The notes: generated by a model from the letters alone, not told the origin. DNA of 64,000 nucleotides from Thraustochytrium aureum (GCA_012862495.1 BLSG01000402.1:50146-114145); one strand, 5' to 3'. Positions 32,623-44,893 are shown, counted from the first letter of the stretch. Numbers and translations: made by a program.

Positions 32623-35600
32623 TCAGATCCGCGCCAGCATGGGAAAGTCCGCAACTGAGGCCGACACGCCCGACCGCGGCCGGGACAATATCGGACCACG
32701 CAGAAAGCCGATGCGATCTATCAGCGCCTGCAGGTTCGCTCGCTCAGAGTACGGGTGCTTGACCGCAACGACCGTCTCGCTCTCCTTTGGCTTTCCAATA
32801 ACCTTGGGCAACGCGCGGGTTGTTATCGAGACGACGCCCCAGTCCGCAAATGTCGCGAGGGCGTTTTGCAGCGTACCTGCAGAGCAGCTCTCGTAGTGAA
32901 CGATAATGCGGTCGTGGTATAGGTTCTCTGCAAGCAACGACATGCGCTGGACGAGCGTGTCCTGCTTGACGCACGCATCCGGAAGCAGCGCAATCAGGGC
33001 AGAGGCTGCAATAAAATAGCTGTCCACAAAAGGCCAGGCCATCGAGCACAGGAGGCCGAATACGCGCTCCGCCTCGATGGAGGGGTGTACACGGAGAAAC
33101 GTCGACTCCGGGTCTGGGCCACGAGCCCCAACGGACCGCCCGCGCTGCATCACCCCGCGACCAACAAGGCCGTCCAGCGCGCGGCGCAGGGCAGCTTCCG
33201 GCGCGAGCAAGCGCTCTCCAGACACGAACTCGCGACCAAGCATCGTGTCGAGGAACACCGCGTCGTGCTCCACCCCGCCCAGCGAGCCAAACGCGGCAGA
33301 AACGTCTCCCGCTGGCGAGCCAGAGTGCTGCTCTGTGCCGTCCCAGGCCGGCAAGCTGGCAGCTGCAGCCGAGGCGGCAGCAGTTGCGGCTGCGGCTGCG
33401 GTGTCGTTTCCGGCCTCTTGCGCTGCCTTTTGCGCCGCAGCGTCTCGCTTCACTTGCGCGGACTGGAGCATAGCGAGGAGCCCTGGGTTTTGGAACGTGC
33501 GAGCGTTGCGCACAGCAGAGATGTCAATGCTTGAGCCGACGCCAGAGGCTGGGTTTGCCTCTGACGAGGTCGACCGTGGTCCCAGGCCAGCGACAGTACT
33601 GCTTGCTGACGAGACGGCTGCTTGGAACGCCGCTTCAGCGAAGCGCGCGTCCGTTTGCGACTTGAGGGAGAGCGACTCTTCTCGCGCAAGTGGCTCGGCC
33701 GGCCTGGCGTGAGCCCAGTGCGCGTACAGAGCGCACGCCCAAAAGGCCTCCCTCGCAAACAGGTGGACTATCTTGTTACGGTAGTAGCCGAGAATGACCA
33801 TGTTCAGGTAGTCCTTGGGCGAGCTGTTGACCGCGACCTCGATCACGCGCGGGGAACGGCGTTCCTGGACCACAGGCCCCAAGAGGCGCAACGCCCGGCG
33901 CACAAGCTCCACCCGGTGCTCGCCCTCGCTGCAGGCAACGTGTCCCCCGCGGAGCTGCACCTCTTGGCGAAGCCAGTCCACGCTCGGCGCAAGCTGGTCG
34001 ATCGTGATCCCGTGGCGGTACATGAGGAGCAGCGTGGCGACCAAATGGATGGGCATGCAGACCGCCGCCGCCTGCATCTCGTCCATTATGCGGTACCCGA
34101 GCGGAGCGGCCAGCAAGGCCGGGTGCGCTGCGGCCACCGCCAGGCCCCGCGCAGCCGCGATGCTCTGTAGCGCCTCCTTGGCCGAGATGTGCCGGCCGAA
34201 CTGAACAGAGACATGGCCGAACGTGCTCTTCAGCACCATAGCCGAGCGCAAGAGGTTTCGCGTCGTTTCTGGCACCTTGCTTGTGCCCAGCATCTCTTGC
34301 GAGTACACTGATGCCTCCAGCGGCTTTTCGTAGTCGATGGAAATCGGCACAAAGATGACGTCCTCGACACGGCCGTCCATGACGGGCTCGATGCAGATCC
34401 TTGTGATTCCCACCTTGGGCTCGAGGCTCTTGCCGCTCCGGCTCCTCGTGCCTTCGATGTAGTACTCGACGATCTGGCGATCGACCAGGAGGCGCTGCAT
34501 GTACTGGGTGAACACGGCCGCGTAGAGCGGGTCGCTCTGGAACGCGCCTTGACGCCGCAAGAAGAACGCCCCAGAAGCGCGCAGCACCTCGGACACCCCT
34601 TTCATGCCGAGAAAGTCGGTGCTCGCAGCGATGTAGGGCACAGGCAAGTTGAGCGCGAAGAAGACAAAGCTGAGCATCAGAAAGTCGACGTAGCTCCTGT
34701 GCGTCGGCACGAGCACGATCGGGTGCTTTGCAGCAGCTGCAGCCTCTCGGAGCTGCTCTAGGCCCTCTTCGTGAATGCGAATCCCCTCGTACAGGTTGCG
34801 CCACACCTTGCGCAGCGCCCACCCAAACGCCCGGGGCGGAGCGTCCGACATGGTGCTTGCAATCTCATCCAAGAGAAGTTGCGCGCGCTCCGCCACTTGC
34901 GATCGTGGTTCTCCGTTTGCCTTGGCCTCGGCCTTGATCGCAGAGCGGACCTGCTTGGTCTTCATCACGAGCGCTTTGGCTGCCGACGCAGTGCGCTGCG
35001 TTTTGCGCGGTACGTGCTTTGCTTCGTGCGCGAGGCCCTCGCGCCAGCCCGTCAAACCCATCAAGCGGCCCAAGACGCCGGCTTTGGTGTAGCCAGGCTT
35101 GCGGCTCGACGTGTACGCCCAGGAGATGTCGGAGATAATCCCGGGGAAGCTGATGCTGTGGTGGTCCGGGTCCCAGTCGAGCAACCGACCGAGCGTGAGA
35201 CTCACGTCAGTGTGCGACACCGCGCTCTCGCTTATCGGGACGAGATCCTCCCTGAGGATAAAGCGGTTTAGGCCGTACACGTAGTTTTCAAAGTAGCGCG
35301 GCCACGCGATCTCCAGCGCGTCGACAAAGAGGCTGTTCGTCCGACCAGCCAGCTCCGTCGTTGGCAGGGGCGAGGCTGACCGCGTGGTGTCTAGGACGGC
35401 GGCGCCTGCCCACTCCTTGGCAACCGTCGTGTCAAACAGGAACTCGGTCGACGTGAAGGGCTCGAACAGGTTGACAAGGTACTCGGACCGATCCAGGAGC
35501 AGCTCGAGTTGGCCGGCCTGCCGGACGTAGCCCTTGGTGCCAACGAGGCGGGCAAATTGCGCAAAGGCATTGTGGGGAGCACGTACCTGAGCCCCCACTC

Positions 35601-36764
35601 AAAGTTGAACTGCGGTCTACTCTTCAGCATGCGAAATTTGACGGGCCCTGGAGTCAGCTTGACCGGTGGGGGCCGCTTCTTGTAGGCCCCAACCACAGAC
35701 TTGCTCACCACGCGCCAGCGGACTGGGTTGTACGTCGAGGTGCAGCTGTGGCTGATATCCAGCGCACCACGCCGCCCGAAGATGTCGGCACACGCAAGGA
35801 GTATGTGATTGACGACAAAGTCGACAGGCACGATCGCTGCAACGCCCCTCGGGTCGCCGGGGAGCATGGTGACCACTCCGAGGCAGACGCCCATGAACAC
35901 GGCGCTCGCTGCGCTCACTACGTCGACCCAGCCAGGGCAGGGTTCCCTCCAGGACGCGCCAACAATGGATGGGCGCACGATTGATAGCGGCACTTCGCCG
36001 TGCTCTCGCTCCAGCATCGCTTCCGCCATGGCCTTGGTCAAAGTGTACGTGTTGGGGAAGGCGCCCTGAATCTTCATCTGCAGTCGTTCGAACCACACCG
36101 AATCGGCGGAGCTGTGCTTGGTCCTAGCTTTGGCGATGACAGCGCCAGGGTCAAACTCCATCGGGTAGACTCGCTCGTGAATCACCTTTCCGTCTTTCCG
36201 GTTAGCATTAACGTACGCGGTGGAGACGTGGACGAGCGCGCCGACGTTGAGCGCTTTGGCGAGATCCAGAACGCGCAGCGCGCCTTCCGTGTTGAGCCGG
36301 ATCGCGTCGGCGAGCGGGTCGTCAAAGTTGACGGACGCGGCGCAGTGCAAAATAATCGCGACGCCCTCTTGCTCTAGCCGGTCTCGGTCAGCCTCCGAGA
36401 TCCCGAGCCCCGGAAGCGTTACGTCGCCACCAACGGGCACAAGTACGCGCTCGCACAGGTTTTGGAGCGATTGCGCTCCGCTCGCGCCGCCGCCCAACTG
36501 CTTTCGGAGGACGTCAAACACCTCTGACTGCACGATCTCTTTCTGCACGCGCTCCGTCGGCACGCTTCCCTTGCCGGGCCTCACGAGCAAAAAGATGCGC
36601 CTCACGCCGTTCTTGCCAGCCCTCGCGCGACGCAGAGGCCCGTGCGAGCTCCCATGACTGGAAAAGCACCTGAGCAGCTTTTCCAGCAGCACCTTGCCAA
36701 CAAACCCGGTCGCTCCCGTCACGAGCACGGCGCGATCGTCCAGCGTGTCCCACACGCGCTCCAT
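32623..36764 (-). CDS. FARAT: Bifunctional fatty acyl-CoA reductase / DHAP(G3P) acyltransferase (FARAT-type); apparent frameshift ~35572
   Basis: FAR: VTGATGFVGKVLLEK, HCAASVNFD, HVSTAYV, NTYTLTK, IVRPSIV, EPCPGW, VPVDFVVN. Acyltransferase: PTHRSYVDF, GAFFLRR, YIEGTRSRSGK, VPISIDYE. Ends in PTS1-like ARI. Confidence 0.9.
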
Positions 36765-38186
36765 CCCGCCTCGCCTTTCGCCGAGCAGCCCGACCTTCAC
36801 GGCGGCGCCGGGCGCCAAACCACGCCTCGCGCACGAGGAAGGAGTCTGCGCCCACGCGGCCCTGGACTGCAGCCGCGCACCGACCAGCACGTACCTGGGC
36901 GCTCCACGCCCCCGAGCTCTGCGCAGAGCTGCAGCGCAAGGAGGCCAGCGCAAGGCGCGTTGCGAGTCTGCCCACGTCCGCGTCCTCAAGGCGTCGCGGC
37001 GCTCGAGGTGGCACGAAGGACGACGAACGACCAGTTCATGAACGACCGGGTTGAGGTTCATCCTCGGCGTCTTCTTGCTCATGCTCACCTGCGGCCCGCG
37101 TCCTTTGAGCGAGCGAGCGAGCGAGATGGAGGCGCCGCGACCGTGGCTGGCTTCCGGTAGCCGTCCGTGCCACGCGGTGCAATTGCTCGCACTGGTTGCA
37201 TCGTCGTTGTTTTTGTTGGTCTTTTTTTGCCCAGGACGTGGGCTTGCAACGGAAGTGTCGCACCTTGCTGCAGGTCGGCGAGTCGTGGTGCGCACGGAAG
37301 CGCTGCCGCAGGCTGGTGATGTTGATTGTTTGTTTTGTTGAAGAGTCTACGAAGACGACGGGTCGCCGGCGCGTGAAAGGAGTTGCAGCACTCGAACACG
37401 GAAACAAGCAACTGTTCCACGAGATCGTATTGGAAAGCTCTAGAGCTAGATCGAAGGTGGCAACTTNNNNNNNNNNNNNNNNNNNNNNNNNNNNNNNNNN
37501 NNNNNNNNNNNNNNNNNNNNNNNNNNNNNNNNNNNNNNNNNNNNNNNNNNNNNNNNNNNNNNNNNNNNNNNNNNNNNNNNNNNNNNNNNNNNNNNNNNNN
37601 NNNNNNNNNNNNNNNNNNNNNNNNNNNNNNNNNNNNNNNNNNNNNNNNNNNNNNNNNNNNNNNNNNNNNNNNNNNNNNNNNNNNNNNNNNNNNNNNNNNN
37701 NNNNNNNNNNNNNNNNNNNNNNNNNNNNNNNNNNNNNNNNNNNNNNNNNNNNNNNNNNNNNNNNNNNNNNNNNNNNNNNNNNNNNNNNNNNNNNNNNNNN
37801 NNNNNNNNNNNNNNNNNNNNNNNNNNNNNNNNNNNNNNNNNNNNNNNNNNNNNNNNNNNNNNNNNNNNNNNNNNNNNNNNNNNNNNNNNNNNNNNNNNNN
37901 NNNNNNNNNNNNNNNNNNNNNNNNNNNNNNNNNNNNNNNNNNNNNNNNNNNNNNNNNNNNNNNNNNNNNNNNNNNNNNNNNNNNNNNNNNNNNNNNNNNN
38001 NNNNNNNNNNNNNNNNNNNNNNNNNNNNNNNNNNNNNNNNNNNNNNNNNNNNNNNNNNNNNNNNNNNNNNNNNNNNNNNNNNNNNNNNNNNNNNNNNNNN
38101 NNNNNNNNNNNNNNNNNNNNNNNNNNNNNNNNNNNNNNNNNNNNNNNNNNNNNNNNNNNNNNNNNNNNNNNNNNNNNNNNNNNNNN

Positions 38187-39468
38187 CGTTGCCAGTGCCC
38201 ACATAGTACGTCCCCGCTTCGGCGATCTCGGCGAGGCCGCAGGCCTTGAGGTCAGTCGCCGTCGCGACAACAACCTCGCGCAGGCCTGCTGCACCCTCTA
38301 GAAAGAGGCGACCGTTTTGGTTGACAAACTCGAACTGGTCTGCCGGGCCGGCATACTCCGGGAGAACCCTAAAGTGGCTGATGAGCTTGGAGAAGAGCGG
38401 GGCCGCGATCATGGCCCCGCCTCCATAGCCAAGCACGCACATCCCGCCGGCGAGGCCCTTGCGGTCCGGGAACCACTTGACCAGAGTCGAGATCGGGGGC
38501 ACGTATGCCCAGCCGTTGCTGACACCCCAGACGGCGCCGCCAAGGTAGAGAAGCGGGAGATTCTGCGTCGCCACAGCGAGGCTCGCGAGGCTAAACCCTG
38601 TCGCGAGGCTTGCACCGCCAATCAAGCAGCTCACGCGCGGCCCGAACTCGTCCAGGTACCTACCAAAGACGGCGCCCCAAGCGAACCCGCCCATCACCAG
38701 GCTAAAGGTCACAGTGATGTCGCCCAGCATCCAGTCGGCCCCCGCTGGCGCAACCACGCCGTTGAGCCGCATCATCGGCTGGTTGAAGATCGACCACGCG
38801 AAGATCGACCCGAGGCAGAGGTGGTTCAGCGTGGCTGCTGGGACGATCTTCCACCTGTTGAAGTCTTTGTCGACGGTGAGGCTGGCTGGGTCCCAGCCGA
38901 GCCGCTCGACCCACGGGTGGCGCCGTGGCGCATCTTCGTCGTGGTCGTTCTTCGCACTCGAGGACAGCCCACGCGGCCCGCCATCGGCACGGACAGGGAA
39001 GAAAACGCCCTGCCGCTCGCTGCGAGTCNNNNNNNNNNNNNNNNNNNNNNNNNNNNNNNNNNNNNNNNNNNNNNNNNNNNNNNNNNNNNNNNNNNNNNNN
39101 NNNNNNNNNNNNNNNNNNNNNNNNNNNNNNNNNNNNNNNNNNNNNNNNNNNNNNNNNNNNNNNNNNNNNNNNNNNNNNNNNNNNNNNNNNNNNNNNNNNN
39201 NNNNNNNNNNNNNNNNNNNNNNNNNNNNNNNNNNNNNNNNNNNNNNNNNNNNNNNNNNNNNNNNNNNNNNNNNNNNNNNNNNNNNNNNNNNNNNNNNNNN
39301 NNNNNNNNNNNNNNNNNNNNNNNNNNNNNNNNNNNNNNNNNNNNNNNNNNNNNNNNNNNNNNNNNNNNNNNNNNNNNNNNNNTGCTCACGCATCACCAGC
39401 GGCACACTCGCGGCGTGCCATTTCCGAAATCCAGCAGGCCGCACCCTTGTCGTCCAAACGAGCGCCAT
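38187..39468 (-). CDS. MFS transporter, oxalate/formate antiporter (OFA)-like; partial, interrupted by gaps
   Basis: HLCLGSIFAWSIFN, GRYLDEFGPR and YVPPISTLVKWFPDRKGLAGG. The 3' half lies in gap 37467-38186; the start at 39468 is tentative. Confidence 0.85.
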
Positions 39469-39826
39469 GCCTTGGCAGCGCGCCAGCGCCTGGACGCGCA
39501 AGCGGCAGCTGCAGCGCTCGGACGGCAGCAGCCAGCCAGCCAGCCAGCCTGCCTGCCTGTCGCGCCGCGCCGGGCGGGCGCTTCCGTGTCTGTGCACGGT
39601 CGCGCGTCGGGTGTGCTTTTTCTCATTGCAAACGTGAGTCGCTTGCATTTTGTATCCTCCAGATGCTGGTGAGACTTTTGCTCGTTGTCATCCCTCGCAC
39701 GAGGGTCTTTCGAGGTAAACTGCGCTCTGAAAATAATGAATGAGATGGTGTCGTGAGAAGTGTGGTTTGCGAGTTGTGGGAACGTGGAACTCTGCGGAGG
39801 AGCGACGCGCTTGAGAACTGCGCTCG

Positions 39827-39868
39827 GTGGTGTGGGAGCGGTGGTGTGGGAACGGTGGTGTGGGAACG
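39827..39868. repeat. 14-bp tandem repeat GTGGTGTGGGA(A/G)CG x3
   Basis: Read directly; further GGGAAC/GTTCCC copies occur between 39775 and 40185. Confidence 0.75.
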
Positions 39869-40343
39869 CCGTTCCCGGACGGTGCGGTGCTGGCTGTGGG
39901 GCGCAGCGTGGCGAGCGCTTCCCTGGTGGGGACGCTGACGTGTGCGTGAGCGAGGCCGCTGGGCGATTGAGCTGGGCCAGTGCGGTTCCCAGCCTGCCTG
40001 CATCGCTCTCGTTCCGGGCTGCGGGTTGAGTTCGTTCGTCCAGAGCTGCTCGTCGGAGCACGTACTCTGCGGCTGGGTGCGGCGGCCATGGTGTCTCGAT
40101 CTGTGCGTTTTTTGCACCGTTCTCAGACCGGGATTCGCGGTTCCCTGCGGGAACGTGTGGGCGTTCCCGATGGGATCGTGGAACGCGCAGATAGACCTAT
40201 GGAGGTTTGCTGTTGGTAGGCGCAGCAGCAGCAGCAGCAGCAGCAGAGCCGCAACGGTCGGCAGGAGAACCTTGGCCTCACGCGCAAACAACGAGGGCGA
40301 AGCACGGTTCGGTTCGGGAGAGGACGGAGCGAGCGAGCGCAGA

Positions 40344-40700
40344 ATGACGAGCGCTCCGAGGGACGAGGGTGCTCAGGAGGGCGACGCGGGCGAAACGCCC
40401 ATGGACGAACGACCCGCCGAAGCTGCCGCTGAGGATATTGCGATCTGCGGCCAAGTGGAAGGCGAGGAGGACGAACTCATTACAAAGGCGCAAGTTCTGG
40501 TGTCCGAACGCAGGGCCGACAAGACGCTAAAGCGACTGCAAGATATGGAAGAACGCGTCAAGTCGCTCCGGCAGAGTACGCAACGAGCGCGGGAGGACCT
40601 TAAAAGGCGCGCTGAGCAGGAGGCTGCAAAGGCCCGAAAGCGGGTCGAAGTGCAGTCCAAACGCGACCTGGAGCGCCTCTCCAAAGAAGCTGCACTTTGA
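40344..40700 (+). CDS. Small hypothetical coiled-coil protein (118 aa)
   Basis: agaATG start, acidic N-terminus and a charged helical C-half; no family recognised. Confidence 0.5.
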   Translation: MTSAPRDEGAQEGDAGETPMDERPAEAAAEDIAICGQVEGEEDELITKAQVLVSERRADKTLKRLQDMEERVKSLRQSTQRAREDLKRRAEQEAAKARKRVEVQSKRDLERLSKEAAL

Positions 40701-40926
40701 CTTGCCTCGCCGCGAGGGATAGCAGGGTCTCAACAGTGGCCCTTGGATTCGTCGTCCAAGATTGTTGTGAGCGAAGTAGGAAGCTCCAGCGCTGTGTACT
40801 AGCGCAATGGAAACTTGTGCGATTGTGGAATAGTGCAACTGCAACGAAGCAAACGCTGAGGATACCTTTTGCTGCTGGCTTTGATTCTTTGTTTCCTACG
40901 CGACGCGCGCCACCACGCAACCACCC

Positions 40927-41709
40927 TCACTCGGCGCCGTCCTCCCCATCTGGCGACGCCTCGTCTTCCGTTGCAGGTGGCCCAGCATCCTCGGCGCTAG
41001 TCTCAGCGCTGTCGAGAGCCGCAGGACGCTCCCACTGTGTAACCCCAGTCTTCGCGTTCATGTAAAACGATTCGCCGTCTTCGGTCTGATGCTCGGACCA
41101 GCAGTTTTCCTCTTCAAAGCTCTCGTTGACAGCCTTGATCAGATCTTCAGCGACCAAGACAAATTCTTGCCAGCGCACTTTTCCATCTCGGTCGACGTCT
41201 GATTGCTCCTGGAGCATTGCAATGCGGGCGTCGTCCAAGCTGCCGCCCATGTTTTGCTTCATCATGGTCCAAAACTCTTCGGTCTCTAGCTCGCCGCTGT
41301 TGTCCGCGTCGGCGCTGGTGAACAGCTGGGTGAGGTACTCCTTCAGGCTCGGGGCCATCTTCGCTTCCTCTTCCGCGGCTTGCGCATCAAGGTTGCGTAG
41401 GTACTCCTCCGGAGGGTCCCAGCTGCTCTCAGTGGTCCGCTTGTTGTAAAAGTACGGCTTGCCCTCGCCGGTGGCGAGTTGAACCCAGTCGCGCGTCGGG
41501 TTGGGCTCGCTCTCCTCCGCGACCTGGCGAAAGTAGTTTGGAGCAGCCTTGGTGAACTCTTCAAGCGAGATGGTGCCGTCGTCATCCCCGTCTGTGAGCT
41601 TTTGCAGCTTGGCGATCTCTTTGGGGGTCAGCTTGAGCTCCAGCCCGTCAATCAGATCCCAGAACTCGGATTTCGAAAGCGCACCGTTGCTGTCCTTGTC
41701 CGCGTCCTT
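40927..41709 (-). CDS. Tandem (EF-hand pair-WW) repeat protein; 5' end in gap
   Basis: One frame: DKDSNGALSKSEF, DGDDDGTISLEEF, WW (DWVQL...KPYFYNKRTTESSWDPP), DADNSGELETEEF, DVDRDGKVRWQEF, WW (CWSEH...SFYMNAKTGVTQWERP). Confidence 0.88.
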   Translation of the reverse strand, partial: KDADKDSNGALSKSEFWDLIDGLELKLTPKEIAKLQKLTDGDDDGTISLEEFTKAAPNYFRQVAEESEPNPTRDWVQLATGEGKPYFYNKRTTESSWDPPEEYLRNLDAQAAEEEAKMAPSLKEYLTQLFTSADADNSGELETEEFWTMMKQNMGGSLDDARIAMLQEQSDVDRDGKVRWQEFVLVAEDLIKAVNESFEEENCWSEHQTEDGESFYMNAKTGVTQWERPAALDSAETSAEDAGPPATEDEASPDGEDGAE

Positions 41710-42536
41710 GNNNNNNNNNNNNNNNNNNNNNNNNNNNNNNNNNNNNNNNNNNNNNNNNNNNNNNNNNNNNNNNNNNNNNNNNNNNNNNNNNNNNNNNNNN
41801 NNNNNNNNNNNNNNNNNNNNNNNNNNNNNNNNNNNNNNNNNNNNNNNNNNNNNNNNNNNNNNNNNNNNNNNNNNNNNNNNNNNNNNNNNNNNNNNNNNNN
41901 NNNNNNNNNNNNNNNNNNNNNNNNNNNNNNNNNNNNNNNNNNNNNNNNNNNNNNNNNNNNNNNNNNNNNNNNNNNNNNNNNNNNNNNNNNNNNNNNNNNN
42001 NNNNNNNNNNNNNNNNNNNNNNNNNNNNNNNNNNNNNNNNNNNNNNNNNNNNNNNNNNNNNNNNNNNNNNNNNNNNNNNNNNNNNNNNNNNNNNNNNNNN
42101 NNNNNNNNNNNNNNNNNNNNNNNNNNNNNNNNNNNNNNNNNNNNNNNNNNNNNNNNNNNNNNNNNNNNNNNNNNCGAGCTCTTGAACGGGATTCGGTGTC
42201 AAGGACCAGAACAGCAGCAGTTCCCTTTCGAACGAACGAACGCGAGCGCGGCCGTCGCGAGCGAGGAGCGGCGCGCGCGCGGCCCGCGGCGGGAGGGGCA
42301 GGGAGGCGGAGAGGCGGGTCGCAAGGGACCGGCGACTGCCCTGCTCAAGCGGAGCCGGTAGAGCCGCCTTGCCGCGATCCTGGCAAGTCCTGGCTGAAGC
42401 TGGGCAACTCAACGAAAACCACGGTCAGGTCTTGCGGTTTGCGCAGGCTGAGGCTCCAAGGTGCCGGACGAAGCCGCGCCGCCTGCAGGCTGGCGCTAGA
42501 GGACCGGTCTCCGAGAGGATCGGCTAACGGCGGAGA

Positions 42537-44643
42537 ATGCTGGCCAGATCCCGGACCCCGGCAGCGAGGCTTCTGGCGCCGGTCTTTCCGCACGGATGGG
42601 TGTTCAAGCCGAGCAACGACAAAGCGTATCGAGTCGCGCAATTCCTGCAGCCCACAAAGGAGGCAGCAAAAGGGCCGGGGATTCGGTGCCATGGCTCTGG
42701 CGCGCTGTGGGCCGAGGCACGGCCAGGCGTTCGAAGGTTTGAGGCGTTCTCAACGACGAGCTTACTGGCCGGATGCAAAGCAAGTGTCCGAAGCTGTGCA
42801 GCGTCTTCAGAGTGGTGCGCTTACCCTGGCAGGTATGGCGCTCGGAAAATCTCCGTCGCCCCGCCGCCCAAAAGCAAATTCGCCGTCGGAATCGACCCGG
42901 ACGTGGGCAAAAGCGATTCGCTGGCCACGCACTCTCGCGCGTCGTCTTCGTTTGAGGTGATGCGGTTCTCCTCAGACGGTGAATTGGAGCGTCGGCGCAT
43001 GTCAAAGTCTCAGCTTTTGCGCGAGACGGGACTGAATGCCCGGGATCTCATCGTGCTCGACTCGGGCTACCACAGGCGGCCGCGACCCGTGCTGCTGCTT
43101 CGGCCCGGCTCCTTTGTCGTGAGTTTGTCATTCATTCGCGCGATCGTTCGGCACGACGCAGTCTACTTGTTCCATTGCAACCAGCCCAAAGTCCAGTCAT
43201 TCGCAGCGAAACTAGGCGAGTTTCTGCAGGGGCGACGCGCTCCGTTTTACCCCAACGTCTACCTCGGGGGGCCAAGACAGCCGCTGGACTTCGAGACTGA
43301 CGAGGACGGATATGACAACGAGGAGACCGACGCCTTGGGTGGTCCACCGAAGACCCTACCGTTTGAGCTGCGAGCCCTCGAAGGCATCCTTAGCCACGTT
43401 TGCCGGCGATACCACAACCGCACGCTGCTGCTTTCCCCGCTCGTGAAAAACATGCTCGACACGCTGAGCTCCCGCCCGGTGGACCCCGAGCTCCTGCATC
43501 AACTCCTGCCGATGAAGGACAGCCTCTCGCAGTTTGAAATCGAAACCACGCTCATGCGCAACGTGTTGACAGAACTCATCCACAGCGAGGACGACATGCT
43601 GGGGATGCTCCTTAGCGAGCGTCTGGCAAACGCAGGTAGAGTCCCGTCGCGCGAGCGCCACGAGACGGTCGAGCTCCTCTTGGAGAATTACTGCTCCCAG
43701 CTCGTCGACATTGCGCAGGAGGCCTACTACCTTCGCAAGCGCGTGGAGTCCACGCAGAGCATCATGGAGCTCAAGCTGGTACGTTTTTTTGCATTCCTGC
43801 GCTTTTTAATTGCTAGCAATCGTGCGAAGCTCGCTCACGCGCCGCCGCCGCCGCCGCCGCCGCCGCCGGGTTTACTCCTCCCCTCAGGACACGCACCGCA
43901 ACTACATGTAAGTGAACGGACAGGTCAAAGGGGGCGAAGCGGGAGCGCGCCGCGAAAGTGAGAACTGGCTTTGCGCTCCAGCGTCTGACTTGCCCTCGTG
44001 CGTGACCTCGGCGCAGGCTTCGCGTGAATCTTCAGATCGCCATGGGCTCGATGGCACTCGCTCTCGGCACCACGATCTCTGGACTCTTCGGCGCCAACCT
44101 GACCAACGGGTTGGAGACGCACCCCTCGGCCTTCTACATCCTCGCCACCTTCTCGACACTCTGTATTGGTGGGTTGTACAACCTACTGCGCTGGAAACTT
44201 GAGGGTTCAGTTCCCCGGACGCTCGAAGGCAAGACGATGGAGAGCGTATTCCTTCACTTGGACGAGATTCAGCAGATTCTCGTCGTTGCGCGCTCGCGGG
44301 TCAGCAACGGCAAAAGCAGTCTTTCAAGACTTGAGCTCGAGGCGATGCTACGAAAGATTGCGGTAAGTCTGCAATTACATGCCTCGCTGTGTCGCGCCCC
44401 AGAGCGCGCGTGGGATTTCTGACTTTTTGTGTGCTGTATGGCGCGACCTGCTCAACACAGGGCGTGAACGTTTCGAGCGAAGACCTGGACATCATTTTCC
44501 GCACCTTTGACCTTGACAAAGACGGGGTGCTCACGGAGAGTGAGATCGCCGAGGAGATCGGGAGGGCCTTTCGCACCGATCGCGAGCACCGCAGCAAAGA
44601 GTGGGACTGCTTGCTTCACCCGCCAGGCCCGCGGCATCGGTGA
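42537..44643 (+). CDS. MRS2: MRS2/CorA-family Mg2+ channel with C-terminal EF-hand; exons 42537-43778, 43888-43907, 44017-44362, 44461-44643
   Basis: Presequence-like N-terminus, GLNARDL, LPFELRALE and VELLLENY. Spliced product reads LDTHRNYMLRVNLQIAMG...GLFGANL. Last exon has FRTFDLDKDGVLTESE. All three introns are GT-AG and restore the frame. Confidence 0.92.
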
Positions 44644-44857
44644 GGGCGGGCGGGCGGGGTTGATGGGCGTTCGCACGAGCCGCGACTCATGGTGAACGGC
44701 CCAGGGCGCAACATCGTCCCGCTGACCGCTGAGCTGGACGCCGCGGCAAACGCGCTAGCTATCGAAGTGCATTGCGGCTGGCATGGACACGTGTGTGTGT
44801 GTGGACCGAGCGGCGCGACGAAGCTGCGAGGCTCTGGAGGGACAGCTGCGCGGCGCC

Positions 44858-44859
<2 letters not shown>

Positions 44860-44892
<33 letters not shown>

Positions 44893-44893
44893 A
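44860..44893. repeat. (CTG)n microsatellite
   Basis: About 11 CTG units. Similar simple repeats: (GATC)n ~12413-12447, (GCCT)n ~24428-24458, (GTG)n ~48292-48323, (CAG)n ~62690-62723. Confidence 0.9.

Noticed and set aside
39775..39868. GTGGGAA as CSL/RBP-J binding sites
   Set aside because: CSL factors are known from opisthokonts and nothing here indicates that lineage; the match is explained by the tandem repeat.
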